Part shown: piece by piece, positions 26,220 to 40,451 of the stretch | How positions within the stretch are numbered: the first letter of the stretch is position 1 | Layout of the letters: each line of letters starts with the position of its first letter | Assembly (NCBI RefSeq): GCF_020745735.1 | Contig: NC_083410.1 | Location: forward strand, 15,350,117 to 15,414,116 | Origin: Hemiscyllium ocellatum | Lineage: Eukaryota | Length of the DNA: 64,000 nt | Direction: 5' to 3' | Notes under the pieces: generated by a model | Database searches by the model: none | What the model saw: the letters and a program-made list of their open reading frames with translations, nothing else | Told to the model about the DNA's origin: nothing | Made by a program: the position numbers and the translations under genes

Positions 26220-27262
26220 TAGAGTCATAGCCATCGCGATATATGGGATGGAAACAGACCCTTCGGTCCAATTCGCCATGTGGACCAGATATCCTAATTT
26301 TATCTGGTCCCATTTGTCAGCATTTCGTTCACATCACTCCAAACCCTTCCTATTCATGTACCCATTTAAAATGTAATTGTACCAGACTCCACCACTTCCT
26401 CTGACAGCTCATTCCATATACACACCATCCTCCGTTGCTCCTCAGGTTCCTTTTGAATCTTTCCCCTCCCACCTTAAACCTATGTCCTTTAGTTTTGGAC
26501 TCCCCTACCTTGGGAGAAAGACCTTGGCTATTCACCCTATCGATGCCCCTCATGACCTCTGTAAGGTCACCCCATAGCCTCCAATGCTCCAGGGAAAACA
26601 GCCCCAGCCTGTTCAACGTCTCCCTGTAGGTCAAACCATCCAACCCTGGCAACATTCCTTGTAAATCTTTTCTGAACCCTTTCAAGATTCACAATACCCT
26701 TCCCGTAGCAGGGACACTAGAATTGAAGGGTGTTGCTGGTTAAAGCACAGCAGGTTAGGCTGCATCCAAGGAATGATTTCTGATGAAGGGCTTATGCCCG
26801 AAACGTTGAATTTCCTATTCCTTGGATGCTGCCTGACCTGCTGTGCTTTAACCAGCAACACATTTTCAGCACCACACTAGAATTGAATGCAGTATTCCAA
26901 AAGGAGCCTAACTAATGTCCTGTACAGCCGCATCATGGCATCCTAACTCCTATACTCAATGCACTGACCAATAAAGGCAAGCAAACCTGCACCCAAAGGT
27001 CTCTTTGTTTGGCAACACTCTCCAAGTCCTTACCGTTACGCGTATAAATCCTACCCTGAATTATCTTTGGAAAACACCTCACATTTATCCATATTAAACT
27101 CCATGTGCCGTTTCTCAGCCCATTTGCCCACCTGAACAAGGTCCCATTGTATGCTGAGGTAACCCTCTTCACTGCCCCATTCTGCCACCAATTTTAGTGT
27201 CATCTGCAAACTTACTACCATTCCTCCTATATTCACTTCCAACCATTTACATAAATGACAAA
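26220..27262 (-). mobile_element. CR1 LINE 3' half
   Basis: Minus-strand MLPGLDGLTYRETLNRLGLFSLE and KFADDTK remnants. Confidence 0.85.
26728..26873. mobile_element. Palindromic PLE-terminus mini-element nested in a CR1; intact core at 26780-26807
   Basis: Perfect 14-bp TSD acactagaattgaa at 26714-26727 and 26874-26887. Confidence 0.87.
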
Positions 27263-28793
27263 AAGCAGTTTGTACCTTGTGCGAGCGTCGAGGTTCAGAG
27301 GGGAAAATCTCAGAATAATGGGCCACCCATTTAAGAAAGAGATGAGGGGGAATTTCATCTTTGAGAGGATTGTGAATCTGTGGACTTCTTTATCACAGAG
27401 GGCTGTCAAGGCTGGGTTGTTCAAAGTATATTCAAGGCAGAGATAGTTGGTTTTATTTAATCAATAAGGGAGTTGGGTTGTGGAGAAAAGGCAGGAGTTG
27501 AGAATTATATTGAGTTGAGGATTATCAGATCAACCATGATCTCTGAATGGCAGAGCAAAGTCGATGGGCTGAATGGCCTATTTCTGTTCCTACATCAACG
27601 TGATCATGGCATCTTAAGGATAGTAACCGTGCTTCCAGCACTCAAGAGGTTGGTGGTGAAAGGTTGTTTCCTCTCAGGAGCGAGTCCTGAGCAATGGGAC
27701 ACATTTAAAATTCAGCATCTCTATTTGAGACACGGTACAAAAGAATTTGTATCTTTCAGAAAGTGGTTTCTCTGTGGAATTCTCTTCCCCACAGAGAACG
27801 ATGGAGTAAACACAAAGGACTGTGGTAGCTGGAAATCTGAAACAAAAGTGAGAGTGCTGGAGAAACTCACCAGGGTTGGCAGCGTCTGTTGAGAGAAAAG
27901 CAGAGTTGACTTTCTGAGCCCAGTGACCCTTCTGTGGAACTGTGGAGGCTGGGCTTTAGAAACTATCCAAGGCTGAGGCCGACAGACTTTCAATTGATAA
28001 AGAGACTCAAGGGAGGGTGGAAAGTGGAGTTGAAGCCACAATCAGATGAGTCAGATTATTATCAAATGGTAGAGCAGTCTTGAGGGGACAGATGGTGTGC
28101 TTGTGCTTCTGATTTTTGTGTTCTGCTGTTGTGTTGTAAACAGGCCTGGATTGGACCAACATATTGTTTCCAATAGGTGTGATGCCCTCACTTTGATATG
28201 GGGAGAGCCACTTGATCCCCATGCACCACCAGTAATTGGGAGCGATGTCTGTTGACAATGAATGTTCTTTGGTTCATACATGCTGCTCGATGGAGAGGAT
28301 CTAGCTGAAAGTCAGAACAATTTGTTACATTATATGCTGCTGCTGAAGCCTTTCATAGTCTCCCTCCAGATTTATCAGCATTTAGGTGGACAACGTGGAG
28401 TGACACTGGGCTTTGTCACTGAGTAGGGGTCTGACAGGGATTCCTAAATGGAAGAGGGAACAGCTGATGGTGCTGTGTTATTAATGAAGAAATAATTGGG
28501 AGAGAACTGGGTGAATACATATTTATTTATGTATATTACTGTTTGGGGAACAAATAAGCAACGTGTTGAACCTTGTGATGTGCCAGTTGTAATAAAATTC
28601 TACTCAGAGAATGACATGCTTGGACTCTGGTCTAGCCCCTTTCTGGTGTTTGATGCTGAGGGTGTGCTGCATTATCCAAGGTGCTAGTTCTTCGATGATA
28701 CATTAAACCAAGGTGCCATTCCTTTCAGGTCAACGAAAGTGATGCTATTTTGATGAATACCACTTATGAAGCAGAGCTGGGGAGGTCTCCATA

Positions 28794-28944
28794 TTCGAGA
28801 ATATGGTGCTGGAAAAGGGCTGATGAAGGGCTGATGCCCAAAACATTGATTCTCCTGCTCCTCGGATGCTGCCTGACCTGCTGTGCTTTTCCAGCACCAC
28901 ACTCTCGACTCTGATCTCCAGCATCTGCAGTCCTCACTTTCTCT
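28794..28944. mobile_element. PLE-terminus mini-element with short inverted arm
   Basis: 12-bp TSD gaggtctccata at 28782-28793 and 28945-28956. Confidence 0.85.
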
Positions 28945-29211
28945 GAGGTCTCCATACTGTCCTGGTCCATATTTATCCTTCAATTGACGTTCCTAAAGCA
29001 ACTGATGATGCAGTCATTCCACATTGCTATTCGCGGGCGCTTGCCATGTGTAGATTGGCTGACATGTTGCTATGGTGATGACACTTCACTACTTCATTAG
29101 CTGAGAGGGGTTAAGATGCTGAAGTAAGACAGGTTCTTTGTTGGTCGTTGAACAGTGGAAACTGTATACTATTCTCTCTATTCATGTAGTGTCTGCTTGT
29201 TTTGTTCACAG

Positions 29212-29754
29212 GACCCAGCATTCTCTGCTCTGATCCACGACAAGTTGCAGGTGCCCAACACTACCCGCAAGGCCTGGAATGAACGTGACAACCGATGTGA
29301 TATCTGTGCCACCCACCTCAACCAGCTGAAGCAGGAAGCCATCCAGATGGTGCAGACACTGGAGCAAGCAGCCACGCTGGAGCAGTATGACCCACTGCCA
29401 GGCTCCCCCCCACCCCTCTCCAACATCCCCTCGCTGGTGGGCTCGCGTAACATTGGCAGCCTGCAGGCCTCTCGGGACTGGGCCTTCGTCCCAGCTGCTT
29501 ACGCTGCCACCACCACCTACGCCAGCTTCTTGACCAACAAGCACGGAGGCAAACCCAACTCACTGGGCATCGTCGGAGGGGCAGAGAAGAAGGGCGGGTC
29601 TCCTGGGCATTCGGTCACCAAGGCTGGGCTGCAGATGGCCACCAGCCCCAGCAACGGCAACATCCTGAGCTCAGTTGCCATCCAGGCCCATCAGTACCTG
29701 GAAGGAACGTGGTCTGTCTCCAGGACAAACGGTGTGACGCTGTATCCCTACCCA
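29212..29754 (+). CDS. KIF26B: Kinesin family member 26B, internal coding exon (probably the exon-3 equivalent), 543 bp, phase 0/0
   Basis: Acceptor tttgttcacAG at 29210-29211 and donor GTAAGT at 29755. Translation [47 protein letters not shown]...[37 protein letters not shown] closely matches the vertebrate KIF26B N-terminal region as I recall it. Confidence 0.93.
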
Positions 29755-29764
29755 GTAAGTGTTT

Positions 29765-30330
29765 GCAAGGCACATGACACACAACACATATGTACAGAGG
29801 TGCACACAAACACACACACAAAACTATAGATACACACGTACGTACAGACACAAACAAACAGGTACAAACATGTACACAAACACACAGGCACAGACACAAG
29901 CATGCACACAAACCTATAGATACACACATACATACAGACACACATGCACACAAACCTACAGATACGCATGTACATACAGACACAAATGCACACAAACATA
30001 CAGACATAAACATATACAAACATACAGGCACATACATGCAGACACAAACACACACAGACACAAACATACAGACACAAACACACACATACAAACATACAGA
30101 CGCAAACATACAGGCAAAAACATCCAGGCACATATACACATACAAACAAACAGACATAAATACACACACAAATACATACAGGCACAAACACCGACACAAG
30201 CATAAACAGACATACAGACACAAACACAAACATACAGACACAAATACACATAGAAACACACACAAACGCAAACAAACAGACACAAACATACACAAACTTG
30301 CAGACACAAACATACACATACAAACCCAAA
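29765..30330. repeat. Degenerate (CA/CAAA/CATA)n low-complexity tract directly after the exon donor
   Basis: Direct inspection. Confidence 0.9.
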
Positions 30331-30764
30331 TAATGTGATCCCCATAATCTCCCCTTCCTGTGCCAATCCTCTGCTGGGTTTTGTGTGCATCAAACTGTAA
30401 TATTTCCTGTGTGAGGCAAGAGAGGAAAGCTCTGGTAAATAATATGCATGTAAATGGGATCTTGTGCCCTCCTCATCCGTGGCGAGATTGGTGATGGGGG
30501 ATATTTAATTGGGGAGAGGATGGTAACTAGAGATGTTGCCACCTCTTGTCTGCAACCCAGGCTTGTGGAAGGCCTGCTGCCCATAAAGGCTGTTAAAAGG
30601 GTAGTTAATGCCTGCCCAAGACCCATCTCCTTCTGCAGTGGGTATGGACTCAGCAGAGGGCTGGGCTGTCACCTAGAGACCATGACTGGCGAATCTGTGT
30701 GGGGCTGCTTGTGGATTCGTGGGCTTGCTGAGGAGGGATGTTGGTTTCCATATTAAAAGGCATT

Positions 30765-31893
30765 CTGACTGAGGTCCACGAGCTTGATTCTGGAGTTGCG
30801 GGGGTTGGCTTATGAGGAGACACTGAGTAGATCGGGATTATATTCGTTGGAATTTAGAAGAACTGGGTGGGGGGAGGCTATCTAACAGAAACATATAAAA
30901 TTATGAGGGGAATAGATAAGATAGACGTAGAAAGGATGTTTTGACTGGCAGCTGAAACTAGGACATAACCTCAAAATTAGGGGGAGCAGATTTAGGACTG
31001 AACTGGGAAAGAACCTCTTCACCCATAGGGTTGTGAATCTATGGAATTCCCTGCCCAGTGAAGGAATTCCCTGCCTTTATTGGTTGGGGAATTGAGTACA
31101 AGAGTCAGGATGTCATATTACAGCTTTATAAGACTTTGGTTAGGTCACACTTAAGAGTATTGCATTTAATTCTGGTTGTCACATTACAGGAAGGATGTAG
31201 AGACTTTGAAGAAAGTGCAGAAGATGTTTAACAGGATGCTGCCTGGATTAGAGGGTATGACTATAACGAGAGACTAGAAAAACATGTTTTTCTCTGGAGC
31301 CGTGGAGATGTGATAAAAATTATGAGATGCCTAGATAGGGTTAATGGTCAGAATCTTTTTCCCAGAGTTGAAATATGTAATAGTAGGGGGTATGCATTTA
31401 AGGTGAGGGGGCAAAATTCAAAGGAGATGTGAGGGGTAAGTTTACAACCCAGAGAGTGGTAGGAGTATGGAATGCAGTGCCAGGGGTGGTGGTAGAGGCA
31501 GACACAATAGGGGCATTTAAGAGAAGTTTAGACAAGTGCATGAATATGCAATGAATGGAGGGATATGGACCAAGGCTGAAAATGTGTTGCTGGAAAAGCG
31601 CAGCAGGTCAGGCAGCATCCTAGGAACAGGAAATTCGACGTTTCGGGCATAAGCCCTTCATCAGGATTCCTGATGCCGAAACGTCAAATTTCCTGTTCCT
31701 TGGATGCTGCCTGACCTGCTGCGCTTTTCCAGCAACACATTTTCAGCTCTGATCTCCAGCATCTGCAGTCCTCACTTTCTCCTCGAATATGGATCAAGGC
31801 CAGGCATAAGGATTCGTTTAATTTGGCGTCGTGTTCAGCACAACATTGTGGGCTGAAGGGTCTGTTCCTGTGCTATACTGTTCATTGTTCTAT
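30765..31893 (+). mobile_element. Two adjacent CR1 3' fragments (junction at about 31070)
   Basis: CR1 C-terminal motifs; 3' end gggctgaagggtctgttcctgtgctatactgttc. Confidence 0.75.
31577..31786. mobile_element. Palindromic PLE-terminus mini-element in a CR1 3' end; intact minus-strand core at 31637-31664
   Basis: TSD atatggaYcaaggc at 31563-31576 and 31787-31800. Confidence 0.87.
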
Positions 31894-32119
31894 GGGCCAT
31901 CAAGAAGAAGGGCCCATTGAGACCCCTCCCACCCTCCTTACCCCTTCCCCCCATCCCTCACCTCTATCCTGGAAATCTTTGGTCTCAAAGGGGTGTAGTA
32001 CCAGCAACTGCCACCGCACTCCCAGTAGTGTCATCACTCAGGAGCATTCTTAAATCATTGTTGTCTATGAAACCTACACTCCAATTGACTTCATCTTCTT
32101 CCATTTGGCTTTTTATACA

Positions 32120-33540
32120 GTTAGAGTCATACAGTATGGAAATAAACCCTTTGATCCAATCAGTCCATGCTGAGTATAATCCTAAACTAAACTTGTCCTG
32201 CCAGCCTGCTCCTGGCCCATGTATATCCAAACCCTTCCTATTCACCTGACTATCTAAATGTATTTTAATTGTTGCAATTGTACCCACATCCACCACTTCC
32301 TCAGGAAGTCCATTCCACATGCGAACCACCCTCTATGTAAAAAAATTGCCTCTCGTGTCTTTTTTAAATCTCTCTCCTCTTACCCAGTCTTAAAATCCCC
32401 CATCCCCCATTAACTCCATGTATACCTCTCATTATTTTATAACTTCCTATCAGTTCATCTCTCAACCTCCTACAGTGAAAAATGTCCCACCCTATTCAAC
32501 GTTTCTTTATAACTAAATCTTCCACTCCTGGCAACATCTTGGTAAATCTCTTCTGACCCCCCCTCCAGCTCACTAATATCCTTCCTATGTCAGACTAACC
32601 AGAACTGGACACGGTATTCCAGAAGGGGCTTCATCAATGTCCTGTACAACCTCAACTTGACTTCCCAACCCCTATACTCAAAGGACCGAGCAATGAAGGC
32701 AAGCATGTAAATGCGTTTTAACCACCCAGTCTATATGTGATGCAAACTTCAAGGCATTATGTACCTGCACCTGTAGATCCCTCTGTTCTATAACTCTGTC
32801 CAGGGCCCTGCTGTTAATTGTTTAAGCCCTATCTTTGTTTGTTGTGCCAAAATAAAATACCTCGCATTCATCCAGCTTGAACTCCATCTGCCATTTATCA
32901 GCCCATTGAACCATTTGATCAAGATCCTTGTGTAATATTCAAAAACCCTCTTCACTGTCACCAATTTTGGTGTCATCCACAAAATTACTAGCCATGCCTT
33001 CTATATGCTGATCTAAATCATTTGTATAAATGACAAACAAAAGAGGTCCCAGAACCGCTCCCTGTGGAACATGGTTGGTCACAGGCCTCCAGTCCAAAAA
33101 ACAACCCTCCATCATTACTCTCTGTCTCCTGCTATTAAGCCAATTATGTATCCCATTGGCCAGGTCAACCTAAATCCCATGTGATCTAACTTTACTAATT
33201 AATCTACCATGTGGAACCTTCTCAATGGCTTTACTAAAATCCATATAAACAACGTTTACTGCTTTGCCATCATCAATCTTTTTGTAACTTCCTCGAAAAG
33301 CTCAATCAAGTTTGTGAGACACAATTTTCCTCACACCAAACCATGCTAACTATCCCAAATCAATGTTTACCTCACTAAATATCGATAAATCCTATACCTG
33401 CAATAATTTACCGACAAGTGAAGTCAAACTCACAGTTTCTTCTTACAACCTTTCTTAAACAAAGGTACAACACTAGCCACCCTCCAGTCAACAGGGATCT
33501 CACCTGAAGTTATAGATGATGCAAATATTTCTGGAAGGTG
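32120..33540 (-). mobile_element. CR1 LINE, RT region to 3' end, decayed
   Basis: Reverse complement shows QHG..SCLTNL..VPQG.VLGP..FVDDTK remnants and the standard 3' end. Confidence 0.83.
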
Positions 33541-33598
33541 TCTTACATTTTACTCCCTTACTTCCCACAATATTCCGAAAGGCCTTTGGAAAGTTCAT

Positions 33599-33830
33599 TG
33601 TTACAACATCTGAGATCACTCTACAGAGGCTGGTATCCCATCATCAATTCACCCTTTATTTACACGTGCACAGGACTTGATACTAATCCAGCTTCCTCAG
33701 AGCCAGCTCTCAGAGTGAACAGAACCTCTGACACTCCTGTTTATATCTGTCAGCCGGGGCTCCCTAATTGGACCAGATTAACAGCCCCATTCTGTGAGGT
33801 CCAGCTGGCTGACCTTGTTCCAATCATGAC
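33599..33830 (-). mobile_element. Possible solo LTR
   Basis: Minus strand reads TG...CA with TATAAA followed by AATAAA; no convincing TSD. Confidence 0.35.
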
Positions 33831-34659
33831 AAAACCCACGGAATTTCCTTTCTCATCCCACTCCTGTTACTTCCTCGGACAGCTCTATGACACGTGGGAA
33901 GTGAAACTTGCTTTTTTAACACCCTCCATGCTGCCTTCTTTTAATTAATGCGTATCTTTCAAGCCCAGACGTGAAAAGTTGGAAGGCTGATGCCAAGTGT
34001 GTAATGAACTGTGGATTGACCACACCCAGAGTGCGGTGACCAATTCTGTTTGCCATATTGTAAAATAGATATGGCAGCTCTGCTGAGGATGCAGGGAAGG
34101 TTTGCAAGGGCTGGTGCCAGAAACACATGTCAGGAAAGCACCAAGGGGCAAGGTCACTTGTACATGGTTCCTTTATTATTTCCATGCCTGGCTTAAATGC
34201 TAAGCATTTTTCCATTTCCCAATTTTTCCATTTTCCAGTCTCCAGTCACTGCTTGCTGTTAGCTGATATTTGTGCCTCTCACACAGGAAAGCATTTCCGA
34301 TCCTGTACCAATCCAGTCCCTTGCTGGTCCTAACTCTACAGCTAGTCTTGTTTGAAAGTATACATTTTATCAAAACAGAATACTGCCCAGGGCAAAAGAG
34401 GGAGAAGTCAGACATTAAACCATGCTAACCATTAAACAACATGCCAAATGGAAAAGTACTCCTCACATAACTTGGCTCCACTCTCTTCATTAGGTCCAGT
34501 CACAGAACAGAAGGGTGCAAACAGCAGTATGAGCAGAAATATTTATTATGCATTAATGTATCAGCAGCAGAGAAAGTTAGCATTGTTTAACTATTTCACT
34601 AAGTTTCCCCACTGTTTCCCAACACACTTCAATGACAAGGTAGGGATACACTTTCTCCA

Positions 34660-34970
34660 ATGCACACACATACACATGCATGCACGCACACGGACACACA
34701 CTGTGAATGCCTACTCTCAAATATACCTGTACACATGTAGATACATGCTGACACACACACACAGACACATGCATATATACAAATATATATTTGCATAGAC
34801 ACTCTCATGCGTAGGTGTACACACACACACACACACACACACACGTATATAAAGTACAGATAGACACACATGCACTCACCACACAAATACGCACACTCTT
34901 TTTCACATATGCATGCACAGATAAATGCGTGACCGCAGCATACACACCTGTGTGTCCAAATACATAAATA
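34660..34970. repeat. CA-rich microsatellite region
   Basis: Pure (CA)n at about 34818-34844 within a degenerate tract. Confidence 0.85.
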
Positions 34971-34990
34971 CAGGTATCCAGTACCTTGGA

Positions 34991-35145
34991 GTAAGTGAGG
35001 ACTGCAGATGCTGGTGATCAGAGTCAAGAGTGTGGTGCTGGAAAAGAACAGCATCCTGATGAAGGGCTTATGCCTGAAATGTCGATTCTCCTGCTGCTCG
35101 GATGCTACCTGACCTGCTGTGTTTTTCCAGCACCACACACTCAAC
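34991..35145. mobile_element. Palindromic PLE-terminus mini-element
   Basis: Inverted arms around ctgatgaagggcttatgcctgaaatgtc; no clear TSD. Confidence 0.75.
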
Positions 35146-38100
35146 CCACAATCTCTGCACCCGTTGATCAAACTCTTCCCGTGATGTTGCAGATTTTGAT
35201 GTTTCTTTTCTATTTTTTGTTTTTTTTTAAAGTTATACAGTTCTATTCTGTTTGTGATTTTCTGAAGTACATCAGACCACTCAGAATGGCAGAAGCAAGT
35301 ACTTGGGACAGGTCCCTGGACTGGAAGTGAACCCTACGTCTGATCCTTTTATTGATTGTTTTGTGCAAATGTCATTGTCATTGTCGCCGAGCTGCAACTT
35401 CCGAAATGTTCTTTCTTTCTCTGAGGGCCCTGTCCTGGACTCATCTGGGTTGCCTGTGTAGTGTGGGGGGAAGCGGGGATGTGAGAGCACTGATGTGTGT
35501 GAGTTGATTTCCCGGCAGCGCTGACCTGTCCTTGCATACATGTACTTTTTAACCAGAGTCAGTAGATGGTGTCAGGGTTAGTAACATTGCTGGAATGTCT
35601 CTCGCTGTTCTCCAAGGAGCTGCATTACCAGCTGACAACGCACACTCACCAACTGCACAGGGATTCAGTCAAACCGTGTCAGTCTGGGTCATAATGGCCC
35701 ATCCCATGATATCGATCAAGAGCTCTGTGGGATGATTGCAAGGTAGAGGACTTCTTGGTGGGGAATTGGATGAGGGGAATTATCAAGGAGGGATATGTGA
35801 CGTGATTGACCAGTAGAAAAATACTGGTCTCCAGGCATACCTTTACATTCTACTTAATTATCTACTTCACTGAGGGTTCTGTGGAAGTGGACGACAGTTT
35901 AAAGGCTGATGCGTGGTTTTGTTTTTGGCAATGAAAGGGTTACAAGCACACAGCCCTGCAATGATGAGGAGCAGAACCTCAGTTGTACTTGAGAACAGAC
36001 CCAGCCTGCAGCCATATAACCCAAGGCCACACAGAGTGGTGCCAGTCAATGCCATTCACTGCTATTGGCTGTGCCTTGTGTTCTCAGTGGCTCCAGTAAG
36101 ACTGTTGATTCAGCAACCTTGCTGCCTGCTGACCCAGCTGTCTTTACTCATTTCCCTTTTAACTCTCGATGTGAGAGAGGCTCTGTCCAGCTGGCTTCCA
36201 GATGATGTGCTTCCTCCTGCAGTCACATTCTGCTGTTTCACTTCGTGCCTCTGCCTCTGCTGTGGCCCTCCCTGAGACCAGGTGGGCAGATTAATTCCAG
36301 CCAAGCGCACTCACCCATCGTTGTTGAATTTACAAACATGAAGATGAGAGTAGCCCACACGACCCTTCAAGCCTGCTGCACCAGTCTATAAAACCAAGGC
36401 TGATCTGTTCTTAAACTCAATTCTACGTTCCTGCAAATTCCCAATTATCTCTCAGTCCCTTGGTAATCAGCAGTCTCTCTGCCTTAAAAACATTTTAAAT
36501 ATCCTGTGTCCACTGCTTTTTGAGGAAGGGAATTCCAAAGGCTCCAACCTACTGAGAGAAAAAAGAGGTTTCCCTATCTTGTTCTAAAATGGGTGCCCCT
36601 TACTTTTAAACATAATCCCTGGTTCTAGATTCTCTCACAACAGGAAGCATCCAGACCCCTCAGCATCTTACATGTTTCAATTAAGTCACCCCTGACTCTT
36701 CTAAACTCCAGAGGATACAGGTCTAGCCTGTCTAACCTTTCCTCATAAGGCAGTCCACTCCTCCCGGTTTAGTTGAGTGACTGCTTTGTGGATGATTTGT
36801 TTCTGGGAAGTGACTCGCACCAACTGGGCTGGTTGCCCTGGGAAAGCGGATGGGGAATAACACCCCAACCATGCCATTGGTTGGGAGTTGCAGCATATTG
36901 GTTCAGCATCAACATTAGAAGGAACAATGATGCCCTCTGTAGCCCGCATAGCCATCTTCTTCGCTATTATAATTCAATGTCCCCCCCCAGTCTGAATGCC
37001 GTGTCACTTGCAGGGCAGCTTTGAGGTGATGGTGTCCTGATGACTTTGCTGTTTTTGTCCTTCTGCAGAGATGGCTAGAAACATGGACAAGAGGAGCAGG
37101 AATAGACCGTTCAGTCCTTGGCACCTGGTCTAGCTGCTCATCCTCCATAATACCCCCACTCCTGCTTTCTCCCCATACCCTTAGACCCCTCTATCCCTAT
37201 CTGTTCACCTTCTTGAAAATGTTTTGACTTCAACCGCTTTCCGTGGCAGAGCGTTCCACAGGCTCACCACTCTCTGGGTGAAACCTTCCTCCTGATTTCA
37301 GCCCTAAGTGGCCGACCCCCATCAGGGTTGAAGTGGTTGGTGGTGGGAAAGTAGGGAGGAAGTTGCTGCCGTGTGCCCTGTGGATGACCTTTCCCACAAA
37401 CACAGTGCGCCACTGTCAGAGTAAGTGAACAGCAGAACTGGGCTCGACCAAGGGAGCAGCTCATTCACATTTCTCAAGTGAATACTTCTTCAGCTGAATA
37501 TCAGTTGATGCATCTGATATCCTTCTAATATACCTTCTGTGACACTTCTTCCTAATTTTTGTCACGTTAATTTAATAATTAATTTTGGCAAACATCATTA
37601 AGAGGTCAGGCGCATTTGAAATGAACGGAAGTCAAAATAGAGATAGATTCCGAGTAAGAAGATAATGAAGGACACAGGAAATAAATTTGAGCAGTTAGCA
37701 GAGCTGAAACACTAACCAATAAGAAGATCAATGCAAATATGGATCATTACATACCTGTTTCAAATTTACTTTTCACTAATTAACATTGATGAGTTTATGT
37801 GTTACTGGACTGACCTCCCATTGAATACCACACTGAGTTTGCCTGTTTTGTACTGTTCAGTACTTGATGTGCCTCAGTGAGATCCCCACTGCCTGTTTAG
37901 GACTGACCAAGCCTTTGGAACATTGCGTTAGTCCATGTAATGAAGCCAAAGACACAGAGTTGGGATGGCGCCTAGTTGGTGTGAGTGCCAGTGTCTGTGA
38001 GGTCTCCTCATCGTGTGCAACCTCTCTTTATTTTGAGGAGGTGCAGCTGAAGGTGGAGACTTGTCATTAGAGAAGTTGTGTCCAATATACCATATTGAGT

Positions 38101-38419
38101 GGGAGACATTGGCACCTCAGGGCCTCTTACCATAAAGTGGAATCTATCTGGTGCCTTTGGAATGCAGTCACTGTTGTAATGTGGGAAATGTGGCAGCCAA
38201 TTTGCACACAGCAAGCTTCCACAGATAGCTTTCATAAAGACTCGAGAATCTACTTTGGTGATGTTGACTCGAAACATCAGAAGAGAAGGTCATTTGGCTC
38301 ATCGACCGTGCTCTACCATCCAACTAGATAATGACCAAATCCTACTCAATACCATTTATCTGCATCCTCCTCTTCCTTGATATCTTTAGTATTTAGAACT
38401 CTAGAAATATTTGGTCTGT

Positions 38420-38975
38420 ATTTCATAGGGATTTGAATATAAAAATACAGAAATCTCGATAACGTTATACAAGATATGTGTTAGATCACGACAGTTTTGG
38501 GCCCTTTATCTAAGGAAAGATGTATTGACATTGGAGGCAGTCCAGAGAAGGTACACTGGGCTGATACCATGTTTAGAAGGACTATCTTACGAGGAGAAGT
38601 TGAGCCTGTACTCATTGGAGCTTAGAAGAATGAGAGGAGACCTTATTGAAACATTGAGGATTCTTGGAGAGTGAGAGTGACATTGTAGATGAGGAGAGGG
38701 AAAGTCTTGGAATGGAGGGCGTTTAAAGCAGAGATGAAGGGGAATTTCCTCTCTCACGGGACAGGGAATCTGTAAAATGTTTTATCAAAGTAGACTATCG
38801 AGGCTGGATCATTAAATATATTCAAGGCTGAGATAAAAAGATTTTTAACCAGTAAGGGAATCAAGGGTTATGGGGAAAAATACAAGGGGATGGAGTTGAA
38901 GATGATCAAATCAGCCATGATCTCAGAGCAGATTTAATGGGACAGATGGTCTACTTCAGCGCCTGTGTCTTACAA
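38420..38975 (+). mobile_element. Old CR1 3' fragment
   Basis: Similar to 42070-42690. Confidence 0.7.
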
Positions 38976-40342
38976 TTAAAGTTTATTGGTCACTGTCCTG
39001 AACATGCTGACTGCCAGATATTGGGCAGTAAATGATGAATAAGTATGGATGGTGGATATCTTTCCATGCTGTTTTTAAGAATAGTGTCATGGGTTCTTTT
39101 ATATCCAGTGGAGAGGGTGGGTGGACTTGGTTTAACATCTCAATGAGAGTTCCCTTGATGGCATCTTGGGACAGTGCAGCACACCCTCAGTAACAGTCCA
39201 GGTCAAACTCCTTGAACGGTGCTTGTACCCACAGCCTCTGACTATTAGGAGGAGTGATATCCCTGAACCCCAATTACCTTTACTCATTTAACTAAAAAGA
39301 TCCCAGTATTGCCACTGATTTGTCTGCCCTCTGTGCTTCCCTTGCAATGTTCTTTTCTACTGGGGGCTCAAATGTGAACTGTTCTTGACTTATCTGTTGG
39401 TACGTAATATAAATCAAAAAATGGCTGCTTGTCAAGAACCATGATTTCTAGTAATGGTCAAGAGGACAAAATGATCAGGGGAAGTTGATGGTGTTTATAC
39501 AAAGCAACTTCTGAATTTCAAGCCTGGAAACAAACACTGACTTTCTCTTTGCACGCAGGAAGGATGCAATTGTTGAAAGTCTTTGCGTTTGTCTCCAGTG
39601 TCGGTGGGGATTATAGAGACAGTTTGGCTCCTAACTTTGTTTAATTGGGAATGGTATCAGTCATACACCACTCCATGGGCATTATTCCAGAGAAAGTCGT
39701 TAAATGTTAGTTAAATGGCACCCTGCATGTCGCAGTAATTATTGCGAACAGTTAAGGATTTTACAATGAAACTATTTCCAGTCCCCACATTCACATCAGT
39801 TATGATGTTATTATAAGTGCCATGTTGGCCATTTAAGAGCACAGTGATTGTGACCTCCTGAGGGAACCACTGCCACCCTCTCTTGAGAGTCAAAGGCCAC
39901 TTTTTAAAAAATTCCTTTCAATGAAAACTAGTTTCATTTTCAAAAACTTTCTTCTACCCTTAGGAGCATGGTAAAAATCGTCAAGCAAGGATAATCATTC
40001 ATGGAACCCTCAGGCCATTGGGCCCATCATCCCTGTGCTGGCTCTTTGAAAGGGCGACCAAATTTGTTGTGTTCTCCTGCTCTTTCCCAACAGTGCCAGA
40101 AAATATTTGTGTTTCTGGTATTGATCTCATTTCACTTTGAAAGTTGCTATTGAACTTGTCTCCAGTGTATTCCATCTTGTCAATTATTCATAACCAAAGT
40201 AACTTTACAAAAGGAATTGGATTGCTACTTGAAAAGAAAATAAATGTAAGGTTTATGAGGAAAGAGGACAGCGACTGGAGAACCGGCACAGGCATGATGG
40301 GCTGAATGGTCTCCTCCTGAGTTATACGACTTTATGGTTCTA

Positions 40343-40451
40343 GGTAAATGTAGATGCTGGAGTCCCAGCCTTATTCCTGATGAAGAGCTTTTGCCCGAAA
40401 CGTCGATTCTCCTGCTTCTGACATGCAATGCTTCTGCAGCACCACTCTCTT
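40343..40451. mobile_element. PLE-terminus mini-element (internally deleted)
   Basis: Perfect 15-bp TSD gactttatggttcta at 40328-40342 and 40452-40466; core ctgatgaagagcttttgcccgaaacgtc. Confidence 0.82.

Noticed and set aside
29155-29829. 224-aa ORF as a stand-alone gene
   Set aside because: Only 29212-29754 is bounded by splice sites and resembles KIF26B; the flanks are intron read-through.
29615-30393. Several overlapping Cys/Val- or His/Thr-rich ORFs
   Set aside because: Artefacts of the CA-rich low-complexity tract.
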